Shown piece by piece: positions 20,666-30,757 of a stretch of 64,000 bases of DNA; position 1 is the stretch's first letter; every line of letters begins with the position of its first letter. The translations under genes and the position numbers were made by a program. The notes under the pieces were generated by a model. It was not told where the DNA came from and made no database searches. It saw nothing but the letters and a program-made list of their open reading frames with translations. Source of the stretch: an uncultured archaeon (lineage in GTDB: Archaea > EX4484-52 > JAADEF01); the NCBI GenBank assembly GCA_964407715.1, contig CAYOWP010000004.1:18355-82354 (forward strand). Reading direction: 5' to 3'.

Positions 20666-21682
20666 ATGAAAAAAAACTATAAGAGTTTATCGGTAATAAG
20701 CATATTGTTTTATCTTGCATTATTATCTGTGATAGTAGTCATGCTTGTTATTGCTACAAAAAAGCATGTCTCATTTTTTGGAAATTTCTTTGGTGAAACC
20801 TCTGAACAATCCGCGGCTTATAATAGATGTCTCACTTATTGCCTTTCTGCATCCCCAAAAGACAAGTGCAAATATGGAGATAAAGAGATTTTATGTGCAG
20901 CATTTTTAAGCGTTTTTGGTTCTTCCTTTGTTTTTGATGATGAAATATTTAATGAAGGAAGTTTAACAGCATTAGGCATCAAAAAGGAAAACTTAGTAAG
21001 TAATGTTGGAAGTTCTGAAGAATACAAATGTAAGATTTATGATTTCTTAAATATAGAAAAAAGAACCTTAGGCAAAGGTATAGGTATCCCATCTTTGGAT
21101 GATATAAGAAAGAGTGTTGAGAGAACCATAGAGAAATATGGCTCAGCTATAGAGGAGATATCAGAAAACGAGGGTATTGATCCTTGTATTCTTGTGAGCA
21201 CAGTAGCAATTGAGAGTTCTGGGGGAGTTGTTAAAAGAACAAAATATATCTCTTGTGGAATTACAATGATTACCCCACAAAATTTGAGATCATTGGGATA
21301 TTGTAATGCAAAAGAAAGTGATAAAGAATGTTGTGAAAAGATAGCTAAGAATGATAGAGCTGCCATTGAGTTAAGCGTTAAACTTTTTAAAAGGTTTGAG
21401 AATAACGTGAATCAATACATCTTTAAGAACAACTATCCTATAGATGAAAATGGAGTTTTCAAGTTGGCATATCTTTTCGCATATTATAATGGTGGTGGAA
21501 GTTGCATGGGTCCATCTAAAAGTTGCAGTTTTACATCTTGTAAAAACTTAAAGGAAGACTTAAGAGGATTTGATAGCATTCCAATATTCATGTGTGCCTA
21601 TAAACCTGGAGGTTGCATCGAAACTCAAGCGCATGTTACTAAATCTCTCTATGCATATAAAATATGTAAGGAGACGTGGTAG
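20666..21682 (+). CDS. Membrane-anchored lytic transglycosylase (SLT/GH23-like) domain protein
   Basis: YGSAIEEISENEGIDPCILVSTVAIESSG (catalytic E-S), CGITMI at the GLMQ position, AYYNGG (AYNxG motif); N-terminal TM; GGAGGTGA RBS. Confidence 0.72.
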   Translation: MKKNYKSLSVISILFYLALLSVIVVMLVIATKKHVSFFGNFFGETSEQSAAYNRCLTYCLSASPKDKCKYGDKEILCAAFLSVFGSSFVFDDEIFNEGSLTALGIKKENLVSNVGSSEEYKCKIYDFLNIEKRTLGKGIGIPSLDDIRKSVERTIEKYGSAIEEISENEGIDPCILVSTVAIESSGGVVKRTKYISCGITMITPQNLRSLGYCNAKESDKECCEKIAKNDRAAIELSVKLFKRFENNVNQYIFKNNYPIDENGVFKLAYLFAYYNGGGSCMGPSKSCSFTSCKNLKEDLRGFDSIPIFMCAYKPGGCIETQAHVTKSLYAYKICKETW

Positions 21683-21726
21683 TCAATTGCAATGTGAGCT
21701 TCTCTAACACAACTTTTTAGATGTTA

Positions 21727-22365
21727 TCTCGCCTGTTAACCATAATTTGTTGAAAATGGTTAACGGGAAGAAATCGCTCTTCCAAAGCTTTGCGGCGGGA
21801 TATCCTTTTTTGAAGGTTAGGTGCTTCACAACCGCTTTGAAATGTTAGCTGCTCTTATGTGTTTTCTTAGAGGGTTAGGTTTCCCGTTAACCAATTTTTT
21901 ATTGAGAAGATTATGGTTAACGGGAAGAAATCGCTATCACAAAAGTTTTTTTGAGTGCGCTATCCTCTTTTAAAAGGTTATCTGCTTCCTAACCGGTTTA
22001 TTAGGTTAGCTGCTCTTATGTGCTTCATTAAGGTGACATCTTCCCGTTAACCAATTTTTTATTGAGAAGATTATGGTTAACGGGAAGAAATCGCTATCAC
22101 TAAGGCTTCGCAGCATGCTAACCTTTATCAAGGGTTAGCTGCTTCCAAACCGCTTTAAAAGGTTAGCTGCTCTTATGTGTTTTCTTAGAGGGTTAGGTTT
22201 CCCGTTAACCATATTTTTATTGAGAAGATTATGGTTAACGGGAAGAAATCGCTCTTCCAAAGCTTTGCAGCATGCTAACCTTTATCAAGGGTTATCTGCT
22301 TCCAAACCGCTCTGAAAGGTTAGCTGCTGTAATATGCTTCATTAAGATGACCTTTACCCTTTAAT
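21727..22365. repeat. Tandem array 2 of palindromic repeat family (~4 units, opposite orientation to array 1)
   Basis: GTTAACC at 21735, 21886, 22046, 22204 (periods 151/160/158); TTCCCGTTAACCA..TGGTTAACGGGAAG and GGTTAGCTGCT repeated. Confidence 0.93.
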
Positions 22366-22466
22366 CAACTTTAAAAAAGAAATGTCTTGATAACGCTAAA
22401 ATTTGATAAACTTAAGATCAGCAAAATAGCATCACCTTTTTTAAATGTCAAGAGGAGAGATATTTT

Positions 22467-23573
22467 ATGGTATCATCTATAGAGGAAAAAATAAAGGCAT
22501 TGGAAGAGGAGATAAGAAAAACGCCAAAGAATAAGGCAACAGAGGTACATTTAGCAAAATTAAAATCAAAACTTGCAGCATTAAAAGAGCTATTAGAAAC
22601 AAGGAAAAAAGCACAAAAGAAGTCTGGAAAAATCACAACAATAAAAAAACAAGGTAATGCAACCATTGGGATAATAGGATTTCCTTCTGTTGGAAAGAGC
22701 AGTTTGTTAAATGCTCTTTCAAATGCTGAGTCAAAGATAGGAGATTATGCCTTCACAACAGTAAATATTGTTCCAGGAATGATGTTTTATAAAGGTGCTT
22801 ATATTCAACTATTTGATTTACCTGGAATAATAGAAAACGCGTCAAAAGGAATTGGGATGGGAAAAGAAATATTAAGTTATGCTCGAGCTTGTGATCTATT
22901 ACTCATCATGATAGACCCAACAAAGGATATAGAGCACCAAATAAAAACAATTCTTAATGAACTTCACAAAGCAGGTTTTCGAATAAATAAACCAAAACCA
23001 GATATAAAGATAGTGAAAAAAGATCGCGGTGGGCTGGATATATTTATTGCTAATCACCTGAATATAAAAGAGGAAGATGTGAGAGAAATTTGTTATGAGT
23101 TTAATATTCATAATGCTGACATAGTAATCAAAGATGCCGAAACATTGGAGGATGTTTATGATGCGCTGTTCTCCAATAGAGTATATGTAAAGGCACTCAT
23201 CATAATAAACAAAATTGATTTGTTGGAGAAGCGTACATTAGATGATCTCAAGAATAAGCATCATGATTGGGTATTTATCTCTGCAAAAAATGGAGAGGGA
23301 ATAGAGGAGTTAAAAGAAAGAATATTCAGAGAATTGAACTTGATAAGGATATACACAAAAAAACCCTTACAAAAACTTGAGGATGTTGATAAAGAGTTTC
23401 CATTAATCCTCAAAAGTCCATGTTATGTAAGAGATGTTGCAGAAAAGCTACATCTCTTAAAGATTTTCAAATATGCAAGAATATGTGGAAAATCAGTTAA
23501 GTTTGATGGTCAGAGAGTTGGTTTGGATCATAAACTTGAGGATGAAGATATCGTGGAGATATCAACTGAATGA
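22467..23573 (+). CDS. drg: DRG/OBG family GTPase with TGS domain
   Basis: GFPSVGKS, YAFTT, DLPGII, NKID, GQRVGLDHKLEDEDIV. Confidence 0.93.
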   Translation: MVSSIEEKIKALEEEIRKTPKNKATEVHLAKLKSKLAALKELLETRKKAQKKSGKITTIKKQGNATIGIIGFPSVGKSSLLNALSNAESKIGDYAFTTVNIVPGMMFYKGAYIQLFDLPGIIENASKGIGMGKEILSYARACDLLLIMIDPTKDIEHQIKTILNELHKAGFRINKPKPDIKIVKKDRGGLDIFIANHLNIKEEDVREICYEFNIHNADIVIKDAETLEDVYDALFSNRVYVKALIIINKIDLLEKRTLDDLKNKHHDWVFISAKNGEGIEELKERIFRELNLIRIYTKKPLQKLEDVDKEFPLILKSPCYVRDVAEKLHLLKIFKYARICGKSVKFDGQRVGLDHKLEDEDIVEISTE

Positions 23574-23693
23574 AGAGATTTTAAATTTTACCACGTATGA
23601 ACTGTATCTATTACTTCTCTTTATATTTTTGACACTTCTTAACTTTATATTTCATAAATTGTCATGTGAAAGATGTAAAATGAGAAATATTTG

Positions 23694-24497
23694 TCAATGA
23701 CAAAATCTTTTTAAGAAAGAAGATAAAAGAAAACCTATACCCGATACCAAAACAATAGTTGCGCCAGATGGCAAATCGAACACATAAGAGAGATATAAGC
23801 CAATTAGAGTTAAAATCATACTTATAAATGTTGAAAAAATCATCAATTTCTTTATGTTATAGGTAAATGCTCTGCTTATCGCTGCTGGAATCGTAAGTAA
23901 TGCTATAACAAGAATAACTCCAACAATCCTTATCAAGACCACAACACTCAAAGCAACTAAGCATAAAAGAAGAAAATATACCTTTTTTGTTGGAACTCCC
24001 ACAACTTCTGAGAACTCCTCATCAAATGAGATTGCCAAAAATTCCTTGTAAAACAAAATCACCGTAAAAATTATTATCATGTTCAATATCAACATTATAA
24101 TTAAATCAAAGGAGGTAACTGTAAGAATTGACCCAAATAAATAGCTAAAAAGATTAGGAGCATATCCTGGGCTTAAAGCAACAAAGATAATTCCTAATGC
24201 CATGCCAACTGTCCATGAAATTCCTATGGCTGTATCTTCACTGACCTTTGTTTTTTTACTGATAATACCAATGAAAAGTGCAGATAATATACTAAACGGG
24301 ATAGCAGTAAGAATAGGATTCATTCCAAGCAAATATCCTAAACCAATACCACCAAATGCCGCATGAGAAATCCCTCCACTAATAAAAACTATTCTTTTTA
24401 TCACTACATACGTCCCTACAATTCCGCATGTTATGCTCACTAAAATTGCCGCTATTAATGCATTTCTCATAAATTCATATTGAAGAATCTCTATCAT
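23694..24497 (-). CDS. znuB: Metal (Zn/Mn) ABC transporter permease
   Basis: [32 protein letters not shown]; start uncertain. Confidence 0.9.
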   Translation of the reverse strand: MIEILQYEFMRNALIAAILVSITCGIVGTYVVIKRIVFISGGISHAAFGGIGLGYLLGMNPILTAIPFSILSALFIGIISKKTKVSEDTAIGISWTVGMALGIIFVALSPGYAPNLFSYLFGSILTVTSFDLIIMLILNMIIIFTVILFYKEFLAISFDEEFSEVVGVPTKKVYFLLLCLVALSVVVLIRIVGVILVIALLTIPAAISRAFTYNIKKLMIFSTFISMILTLIGLYLSYVFDLPSGATIVLVSGIGFLLSSFLKRFCH

Positions 24498-25248
24498 CTT
24501 TCTCATTCCTCCGCGATATTCTCTCAGGAAGCTCATAAGTTATTAGATCTACTGAGTATTGATATGCCTCCTTAAGGTTTTTCAATACTGCTTCCTTTGA
24601 ACCATAATAAAACAACCTGCGATTTAAACAGGCAATCTTTTCCACATAAGTGGAGACCACGCTAATATCATGTGTTACAAGAACAATCGCCATTTTTTTC
24701 TTGAGTTTTGATAGCAATTTATAAAATGATTCCTGTATATTTGGATCTATGCCTGTAGTTGGTTCATCAAGCAGAAGTAGTTTTGGCTCTCTTACAATAG
24801 CTCTTGCTACAAAAACCCTTTGTAACTGCCCACCAGATAGCTTGCCTATCTGTCTATTTTTGAATTCAAGCATATTCACAGCTTTAAGAGCATTAAGTGC
24901 TGCCTCTTTATCCTGTTTGGAATATGGTTTAAATGCTCCTTTATACCTTCCCATTAAAACAACATCAAATACGCTCATCGGAAACTCTGGATCAAAAAAG
25001 GTGTATTGTGGAAGATAACCAATTAGTTTTCTACCTTCCTTTGGGTCTTTTCCAAAAACTTTAACTTCTCCTCTATTAGGCTTAATTAATCCAAGGATGA
25101 CCTTTAGCAGCGTAGTTTTTCCACCACCATTTGGCCCTATAATAGCAAGGAAATCATTCTGCTTTATGGAAAAAGAGATATCTTCAAGAACAGGAATACT
25201 ATCAAAATAAACATACACATTCTTTAAGCTAACAATCTCCTTTCCCAT
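24475..25248 (-). CDS. znuC: Metal ABC transporter ATP-binding protein
   Basis: [27 protein letters not shown]. Confidence 0.92.
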   Translation of the reverse strand: MGKEIVSLKNVYVYFDSIPVLEDISFSIKQNDFLAIIGPNGGGKTTLLKVILGLIKPNRGEVKVFGKDPKEGRKLIGYLPQYTFFDPEFPMSVFDVVLMGRYKGAFKPYSKQDKEAALNALKAVNMLEFKNRQIGKLSGGQLQRVFVARAIVREPKLLLLDEPTTGIDPNIQESFYKLLSKLKKKMAIVLVTHDISVVSTYVEKIACLNRRLFYYGSKEAVLKNLKEAYQYSVDLITYELPERISRRNEKDDRDSSI

Positions 25249-25249
25249 T

Positions 25250-26116
25250 CTAATCACTTGCAAATGCTTCAGCAACTTTACGCATGTTTTGTAGATAGTC
25301 CTTCTTCAAAGGATCTACCATAATAACTTTACCATTAATTTCCTCGGCTATCACTTGCGCGATTTTTGGATTAGATTGCGGTGACGCAAATATTAAAGTT
25401 ATGTTATTTTCTTTTGCTTGTTTTATTAAGCTTGCAATTCCTTGAGGTGTTGGTTCTTTTCCTTCTTTTTCAATTGCTATCTGCTCTAATCCATAATCTC
25501 TCGCAAAGTATGTCCATGCTGGATGATATACTATGATCTTTTTATTCTTTTTCTTAGAAAGAATTCTAGCGATGTCTTTATCAAGTTCATCCAACTCCTC
25601 TAAATATTTTTCTTTATTTCGCGCATAGTATTCTTTGTTAGAAGGATCCACCTCCACCAATCCTTGGAATATATTCTCAACCATTATCTTTGCATTTTTT
25701 GGAGAAAGCCAAATATGTGGATCATTATCTATAATCTCTATTCCTTTTGAACAATCCACAACAAGCATTTTTTTATTAACAGAAAGTATTTTATCCATCC
25801 ATGACAATTCAAATTCAATTCCTGATCCAACTTTGGCATAGAGTTTTGCTTTGCTAACCTCTCTTAACTGAAAGGGTGTTGGCTCATAAGTATGTGGATT
25901 TGCATCTGGAGGAATCATTATAACAACTTTTACTCTATTCCCTCCTATCTTCTCTACAAACTCTGCTTGTGGTGGTATAGTAACAACTACAACTATCTTA
26001 TTATCAACATCTTTTGAGTGTGGAATAAGAAAAAGATATGCACTAATCAAAATCCCAATAACCAATATTCCAAAAAACAATAATCTTTTTCTTTCCATCT
26101 TCTTTGTCTCCATCAT
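25250..26116 (-). CDS. znuA: Metal ABC transporter substrate-binding protein
   Basis: NPHTYEP, DPHIWLSP, YHPAWTYF, EKEGKEP. Confidence 0.92.
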   Translation of the reverse strand: MMETKKMERKRLLFFGILVIGILISAYLFLIPHSKDVDNKIVVVVTIPPQAEFVEKIGGNRVKVVIMIPPDANPHTYEPTPFQLREVSKAKLYAKVGSGIEFELSWMDKILSVNKKMLVVDCSKGIEIIDNDPHIWLSPKNAKIMVENIFQGLVEVDPSNKEYYARNKEKYLEELDELDKDIARILSKKKNKKIIVYHPAWTYFARDYGLEQIAIEKEGKEPTPQGIASLIKQAKENNITLIFASPQSNPKIAQVIAEEINGKVIMVDPLKKDYLQNMRKVAEAFASD

Positions 26117-26181
26117 AGATATATAATGGTTATTAGTTGTTAATTTTTAAAATTTTTTGTTGATTATATACTTAGTGAGGT

Positions 26182-26763
26182 ATGAATATGAATATTGATG
26201 AATTGAACAAAATGATAAAAAATTGTAGGAGATGTAGATTGTCAGAAACAAGAACAAATGCTGTTTGTGGAGAAGGAAATCTAAATGCTAAAATTATGTT
26301 GATTGCTCAAGCACCAGGAGAAAAGGAGGACAAAGCAGGAAGAATGTTTGTTGGTCCTTCTGGAAAAGTATTGGATGAATTACTAACGTTAGCAGGAATT
26401 AAAAGGCAAGAGATTTATATGACAAATCTAATTAAGTGTATGCTACCAAATTATAGAAGGCCTAAGGAGGATGAAATTAAAACATGTAGTTATTATTTGG
26501 ATGAAGAGATTAAATTAATAAATCCAAAGATATTAGTTCCATTAGGTTATTATGCTACCTGTTATATTTTTCAAAAATATAATATTTCTCTTCCTTTAAC
26601 ACAAAAATTTTCTTCAATTTATGGAAGAGTATTCTTAGCTGATAACAAAAAGATATTTCCTCTTCCCCATCCAGCAACCATGCTCTATAATCCAAACTTT
26701 AAACAAGATTTAATAGAAAATTATAGAAAATTGCATATGGTACTTAAAGAGGTGGAAAAATGA
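26182..26763 (+). CDS. udg: Uracil-DNA glycosylase family 4
   Basis: CRRCRL Fe-S motif, QAPG..ED, FVGPSG, TNLIKC, HPA. Confidence 0.9.
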   Translation: MNMNIDELNKMIKNCRRCRLSETRTNAVCGEGNLNAKIMLIAQAPGEKEDKAGRMFVGPSGKVLDELLTLAGIKRQEIYMTNLIKCMLPNYRRPKEDEIKTCSYYLDEEIKLINPKILVPLGYYATCYIFQKYNISLPLTQKFSSIYGRVFLADNKKIFPLPHPATMLYNPNFKQDLIENYRKLHMVLKEVEK

Positions 26764-27452
26764 AGTTTATTATTGTTTATGATGACATTGTGTTTAGAAA
26801 AGATTTGCAAGCTGATTGGGGATTCTCAGCTCTTGTAGAAGTTGAAAAAAGAAAAATTCTCTTTGACACAGGTGCTAATCCGAAAATTTTGCTTTCAAAT
26901 ATGGAAAAATTTGGCATTAATCCGAAAGAGATTAACAAAGTGGTCATCTCTCACATTCATCATGATCATATTGGAGGTTTAGAAGGTTTCTTAGAAAGGA
27001 ACAATAATGTTACTGTTTTCATCCCAAGTTCCTTTCCTCAATCTATCAAGGATATGATAATCCAGAAAGGCGCAAAATTTGTGGAGATTTCAGCACCAAG
27101 GGAAATCTCCAAGTTTATTTACACAACAGGAGAGCTTTATGCTTTTCCACCAGAGCAATCCTTGATTATTGATTCAAAAAAGGGACTGATAATTATTACA
27201 GGTTGCGCCCATCCAGGAATAGTAAATATTGTGAAGAGAGCTAAGGAATTAATGAAGAGAGATAAAGTATATTTGGTTTTAGGAGGTTTTCACCATCCTC
27301 CCATTTCATGTGTTAAGGAATTCAAAAAATTGGAGGTTGAAAAGGTTGCGCCATCTCATTGTACAGGTGATGCTGTCAGAGAAGCCTTTAGAAATGAATA
27401 TAAAGATGGTTTTATTGAATATGGAGTTGGAAAAATAATTGAAGTTAAATAA
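26760..27452 (+). CDS. MBL-fold metallo-hydrolase (COG1237-like)
   Basis: WGFSALVE, LFDTG, SHIHHDHIGG, GCAHPG, GGFH, SHCTG. Confidence 0.88.
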   Translation: MKFIIVYDDIVFRKDLQADWGFSALVEVEKRKILFDTGANPKILLSNMEKFGINPKEINKVVISHIHHDHIGGLEGFLERNNNVTVFIPSSFPQSIKDMIIQKGAKFVEISAPREISKFIYTTGELYAFPPEQSLIIDSKKGLIIITGCAHPGIVNIVKRAKELMKRDKVYLVLGGFHHPPISCVKEFKKLEVEKVAPSHCTGDAVREAFRNEYKDGFIEYGVGKIIEVK

Positions 27453-27476
27453 TGATTGAAGTTAGGAGGTTATATT

Positions 27477-27779
27477 ATGGATTTGAAAACATTTCAGAAA
27501 GAGGTAGAGGAGTTGTTTAATAAAATCTCTAATAAAAGAAATAGAAAACATGAAGAGGAAGAGGTATTTATCCATTTGATTGAGGAAATTGGAGAGATAG
27601 CAAGGCAATTAACAAACAAAAAAATAAGAAAAGAAAAGTTTAATCATAAAAATCTTGAAGAGGAAATCTCAGATGCAATTGTGTTTTTAACATACTTGGC
27701 ATCTCTATATGAAATTAACCTATCAGATTCTCTAAGAAAAGATATAGAGAAATTAAAGAAAAAGTTTGGAATTTCGTAA
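27477..27779 (+). CDS. MazG-like nucleotide pyrophosphohydrolase
   Basis: LIEEIGEIA, EEEISD; AGGAGG RBS before ATG 27477. Confidence 0.85.
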   Translation: MDLKTFQKEVEELFNKISNKRNRKHEEEEVFIHLIEEIGEIARQLTNKKIRKEKFNHKNLEEEISDAIVFLTYLASLYEINLSDSLRKDIEKLKKKFGIS

Positions 27780-27815
27780 AGACAACTAAACTTTAACAAT
27801 TTCATCCTTGTGCTT

Positions 27816-28181
27816 CTATTCATCATACTTGCTTAGCAACTTAAAGTATTTCTCTATGATGGAATTCCAGAGTTTAATTAAGGGGGTGCTCTTATCATAA
27901 TGGTTAAAATTTTTTCCGTAATACATTATTTCCTTGTTTTTGATTTTTCCATTTTCAAAAATTAATCTCTCCCAAATTATCAACCATCCTGTTCTTGTTA
28001 TTTGCTCAATAGAATATGTTAACAATGCAGGATACTCAGGAAAATCAAATTTCAGTTTTAAATTTTGATCAAGATATGTTCTTACTTCATCATAAAGATT
28101 CCCTTCTCTCTTCTCGATCTCTTTGAGAGCCTTTAGATATTCCTCCTGAGTTTTTAATCCAAGAATGCTAAATTTTTTTAA
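27816..28181 (-). pseudogene. 5'-truncated gene fragment (~120 codons, no proper start)
   Basis: Frame stays open upstream of the listed TTG (..SILGLKTQEEYLKALKEIEKREGNLYDEVRTYLDQ..) until a TAA near 28184, without an ATG. Confidence 0.5.
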
Positions 28182-28230
28182 TTAGAAATCACATATTATA
28201 GATGTCATAGCAATATAAGGGAGGAAGAGA

Positions 28231-29202
28231 ATGAGAAAGATAGAGATCATAGTAAATCATATCTCGAAATATATGCTGATTTACACATTACTGACAATTG
28301 CTTTTGGGACTTTTATTAGTTGTAATTATTCTCTAAGCTTTCTATCCAAGTATATAATGATTATTGTGTTCTTAATGATATACCCAATGATGGTTAATGT
28401 GTCTTTTGAAAGTCTTAAAAAAATCAAAACAGTTCACAAACCTGTTGTGATTGCACTATTTTTTAACTTCATTGTTGCGCCATTTCTATACTGGCTTTTA
28501 TGCATCATATTTCATGTTCCCATGGATATAAAAATCGCATTGTTGTTATTGGCTGTAGCGCCTGCTTCAAGCATGGGATTAGGATATGTTGGTTTATCAA
28601 AGGGAAACATGGTCTCAGCAAGCATAATTGTAGCATTGGCTTTTATTATGTCTTTATTTGTTTATCCTATAACAATCCACATATTGAATGCAGGAAATAA
28701 TATAATTCCTTTTAGCCAGGTCATCAAAAACTTGATCTTTGTATTAGTATTGCCCATGATATTGGGTTTGACTACAAGAGAAGGAATAATAGAAAAGAAA
28801 GGTAAAGACTTCAAGAAGATAAAGCCATATTTCTCTCTTGCTACATTAACTTTCCTTTATATATTAATTTTTGTAATCTTTGCACTTAAAGGAAAATTGA
28901 TAATAGAACATTGGAGAAAGGTAATTTTAATAGCGCCTATTGCGATATGTTTTTATACGATAATGATAGGTGTAGCTATTATATTCAATAAATATTTAGC
29001 AGGATTAGGATACGAAGACCATCAAGCAATTGTATTTACCACAGTAAGCAAAAACATAGCATTAACAATTGGTTTGTTAGCAACAGTTTTTGGAAAAAAT
29101 GCGCATGAACTTGCAATGTATCCAGCCATAATTTCAATCTTTCAGATAATATTCTTAATGAGCTATCTGCATTTTAGTGAACATATAAGAAGATGGTGGT
29201 AG
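28231..29202 (+). CDS. acr3: Acr3/SBF family transporter (arsenite efflux-like)
   Basis: MIYPMM, NFIVAP, LLAVAPASSM, SKNIAL; about 10 TMs. Confidence 0.78.
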   Translation: MRKIEIIVNHISKYMLIYTLLTIAFGTFISCNYSLSFLSKYIMIIVFLMIYPMMVNVSFESLKKIKTVHKPVVIALFFNFIVAPFLYWLLCIIFHVPMDIKIALLLLAVAPASSMGLGYVGLSKGNMVSASIIVALAFIMSLFVYPITIHILNAGNNIIPFSQVIKNLIFVLVLPMILGLTTREGIIEKKGKDFKKIKPYFSLATLTFLYILIFVIFALKGKLIIEHWRKVILIAPIAICFYTIMIGVAIIFNKYLAGLGYEDHQAIVFTTVSKNIALTIGLLATVFGKNAHELAMYPAIISIFQIIFLMSYLHFSEHIRRWW

Positions 29203-29377
29203 AAATAAAATGAAGTTTTAGTGTATGCATATCTTTTACTATCCACAATTCTATGCACAATGATGCACTGAAATGACTATCATAATGAAAAAATATAATT
29301 GTTGTTCCCTCTAAAGTCGAACATCAAAAGATAAGAGATATCGCGGAAAGAGTTGAGGAGGTGTTAAGTAAATGATA

Positions 29378-29614
29378 GCATTGTCCAATAATTCTCTATT
29401 AATAAAATTTTGTTAAGCGGAAACATAATCTATCAAAGAAGCGCATTAGAGCAGCAAACATTATAGAGCTAATGCGATTGTAAGAGCAAATTTTCTCGTT
29501 AACAAATCCTTATTAAAAAATTATTGGACAATTTGTTAATAGGAGGCATAGCCATATTCAACGGGTTAACTGCTCTAATGCGCTTCTGCGAGAGGTTATG
29601 TTTCTGCTTTACAA
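29378..29614. repeat. MITE-like monomer (29378-29532) plus inverted partial copy (29571-29614)
   Basis: ATTGTCCAATAATT...AATTATTGGACAAT termini; reverse complement of 29571-29614 matches 29410-29453. Confidence 0.85.
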
Positions 29615-29675
29615 TGCCGTAAATGATGTTAATGAAGTTTAAATTTAAAAGTTTTTCTAAAAAGAATATTTCCTT

Positions 29676-30743
29676 ATGCAATCATATGAATGGTCAAAAG
29701 AGAAATATTATAGTTTTCTGTTGGATAATGAGTGTATAGGTTTTCATGAACAAGGCATAAAGTTGAAATCAGGAAGATTGTCTCCATTTTATGCAAACCT
29801 TAGGATATTAACAGACACTACTGAAAAAGCAAAGGAGTTGGCATCTTATATCATTAATTTTTCAAAAGATAAAGGAATCATAGATGATCCTAATATCCTT
29901 TTTTATGGTGTTCCTGAGGGTGCAACAAAAGCAGGGTTTTTTGCACAACTACAACTTATCCAAAACTATAAGATGGCTCAACCATATATCTTGAGTGATA
30001 ATACCTCTTTTAAAAACCAACCACTTCTATATCCGCTTTCACACCTTGAAGCTATAGCATCTTTAATACTTGATAGATTAGAAAAGGAAAAGCTTGAGAT
30101 TAAAGCAATTGATACGATTTATGGTGATCCAAAAACCATTTATCGAGAGGTGTCTTTGTTATTAGGAGCAAAATGCTATGAGAAATATAAGAAAGATTAT
30201 TATCTCGTTTTAGGAAGGATAAAACCAAAAAGCCATGGCCTGGCTCGTGATAGATACTTCATAGGAAAACCAAAAGGAAATGTGCTTATATTAGCACATA
30301 ATGAGCAAAGAGCTGAAGAATTGGAAAAACAAGTTAGAGAAATAGAAGATATTAAGCAAATATATAAAGTTGTTATTAATGCAGAGATGCATTATCATAA
30401 GCCATCAATACCTGCTTATAATATCATACTCATAGAGGATGTAACCACAACAGGTGGTTCTGCAATTAAAGAAGTTAAGAACATGCTTTCCATGGGCTTC
30501 TCAGTTAAGGGGGTTATAGCGTTATTTAACAGGAATGAGATAAACGAGGAAGGCACAACAATAGAGGAAGAGCTTAATAAGTTGGGTGTTTCTTATTATG
30601 CCATGGCTAATGCACTTGATTTGCTTCCTGAGGCTGCTAAGAGAAAGAAGATAGATAAAGAGATGATAGAAAAAGTGATTTCATATTATAAAAAATATGG
30701 TGCTCATGATAAAGAAGGAATAAGAAAAATCCCAATTTTTTAG
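29676..30743 (+). CDS. pyrE: Orotate phosphoribosyltransferase, enlarged
   Basis: LKSGRLSPFYANLR, RIKPKSHG, IEDVTTTGGS; adjacent to pyrF. Confidence 0.82.
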   Translation: MQSYEWSKEKYYSFLLDNECIGFHEQGIKLKSGRLSPFYANLRILTDTTEKAKELASYIINFSKDKGIIDDPNILFYGVPEGATKAGFFAQLQLIQNYKMAQPYILSDNTSFKNQPLLYPLSHLEAIASLILDRLEKEKLEIKAIDTIYGDPKTIYREVSLLLGAKCYEKYKKDYYLVLGRIKPKSHGLARDRYFIGKPKGNVLILAHNEQRAEELEKQVREIEDIKQIYKVVINAEMHYHKPSIPAYNIILIEDVTTTGGSAIKEVKNMLSMGFSVKGVIALFNRNEINEEGTTIEEELNKLGVSYYAMANALDLLPEAAKRKKIDKEMIEKVISYYKKYGAHDKEGIRKIPIF

Positions 30744-30757
30744 AGGAGGTAATACCC

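Noticed and set aside
21727-22365. Repeat arrays as a second, degenerate CRISPR
   Set aside because: Units are ~135 bp and the intervening AT segments are repeated rather than unique; no similarity to the 30-bp CRISPR repeat.
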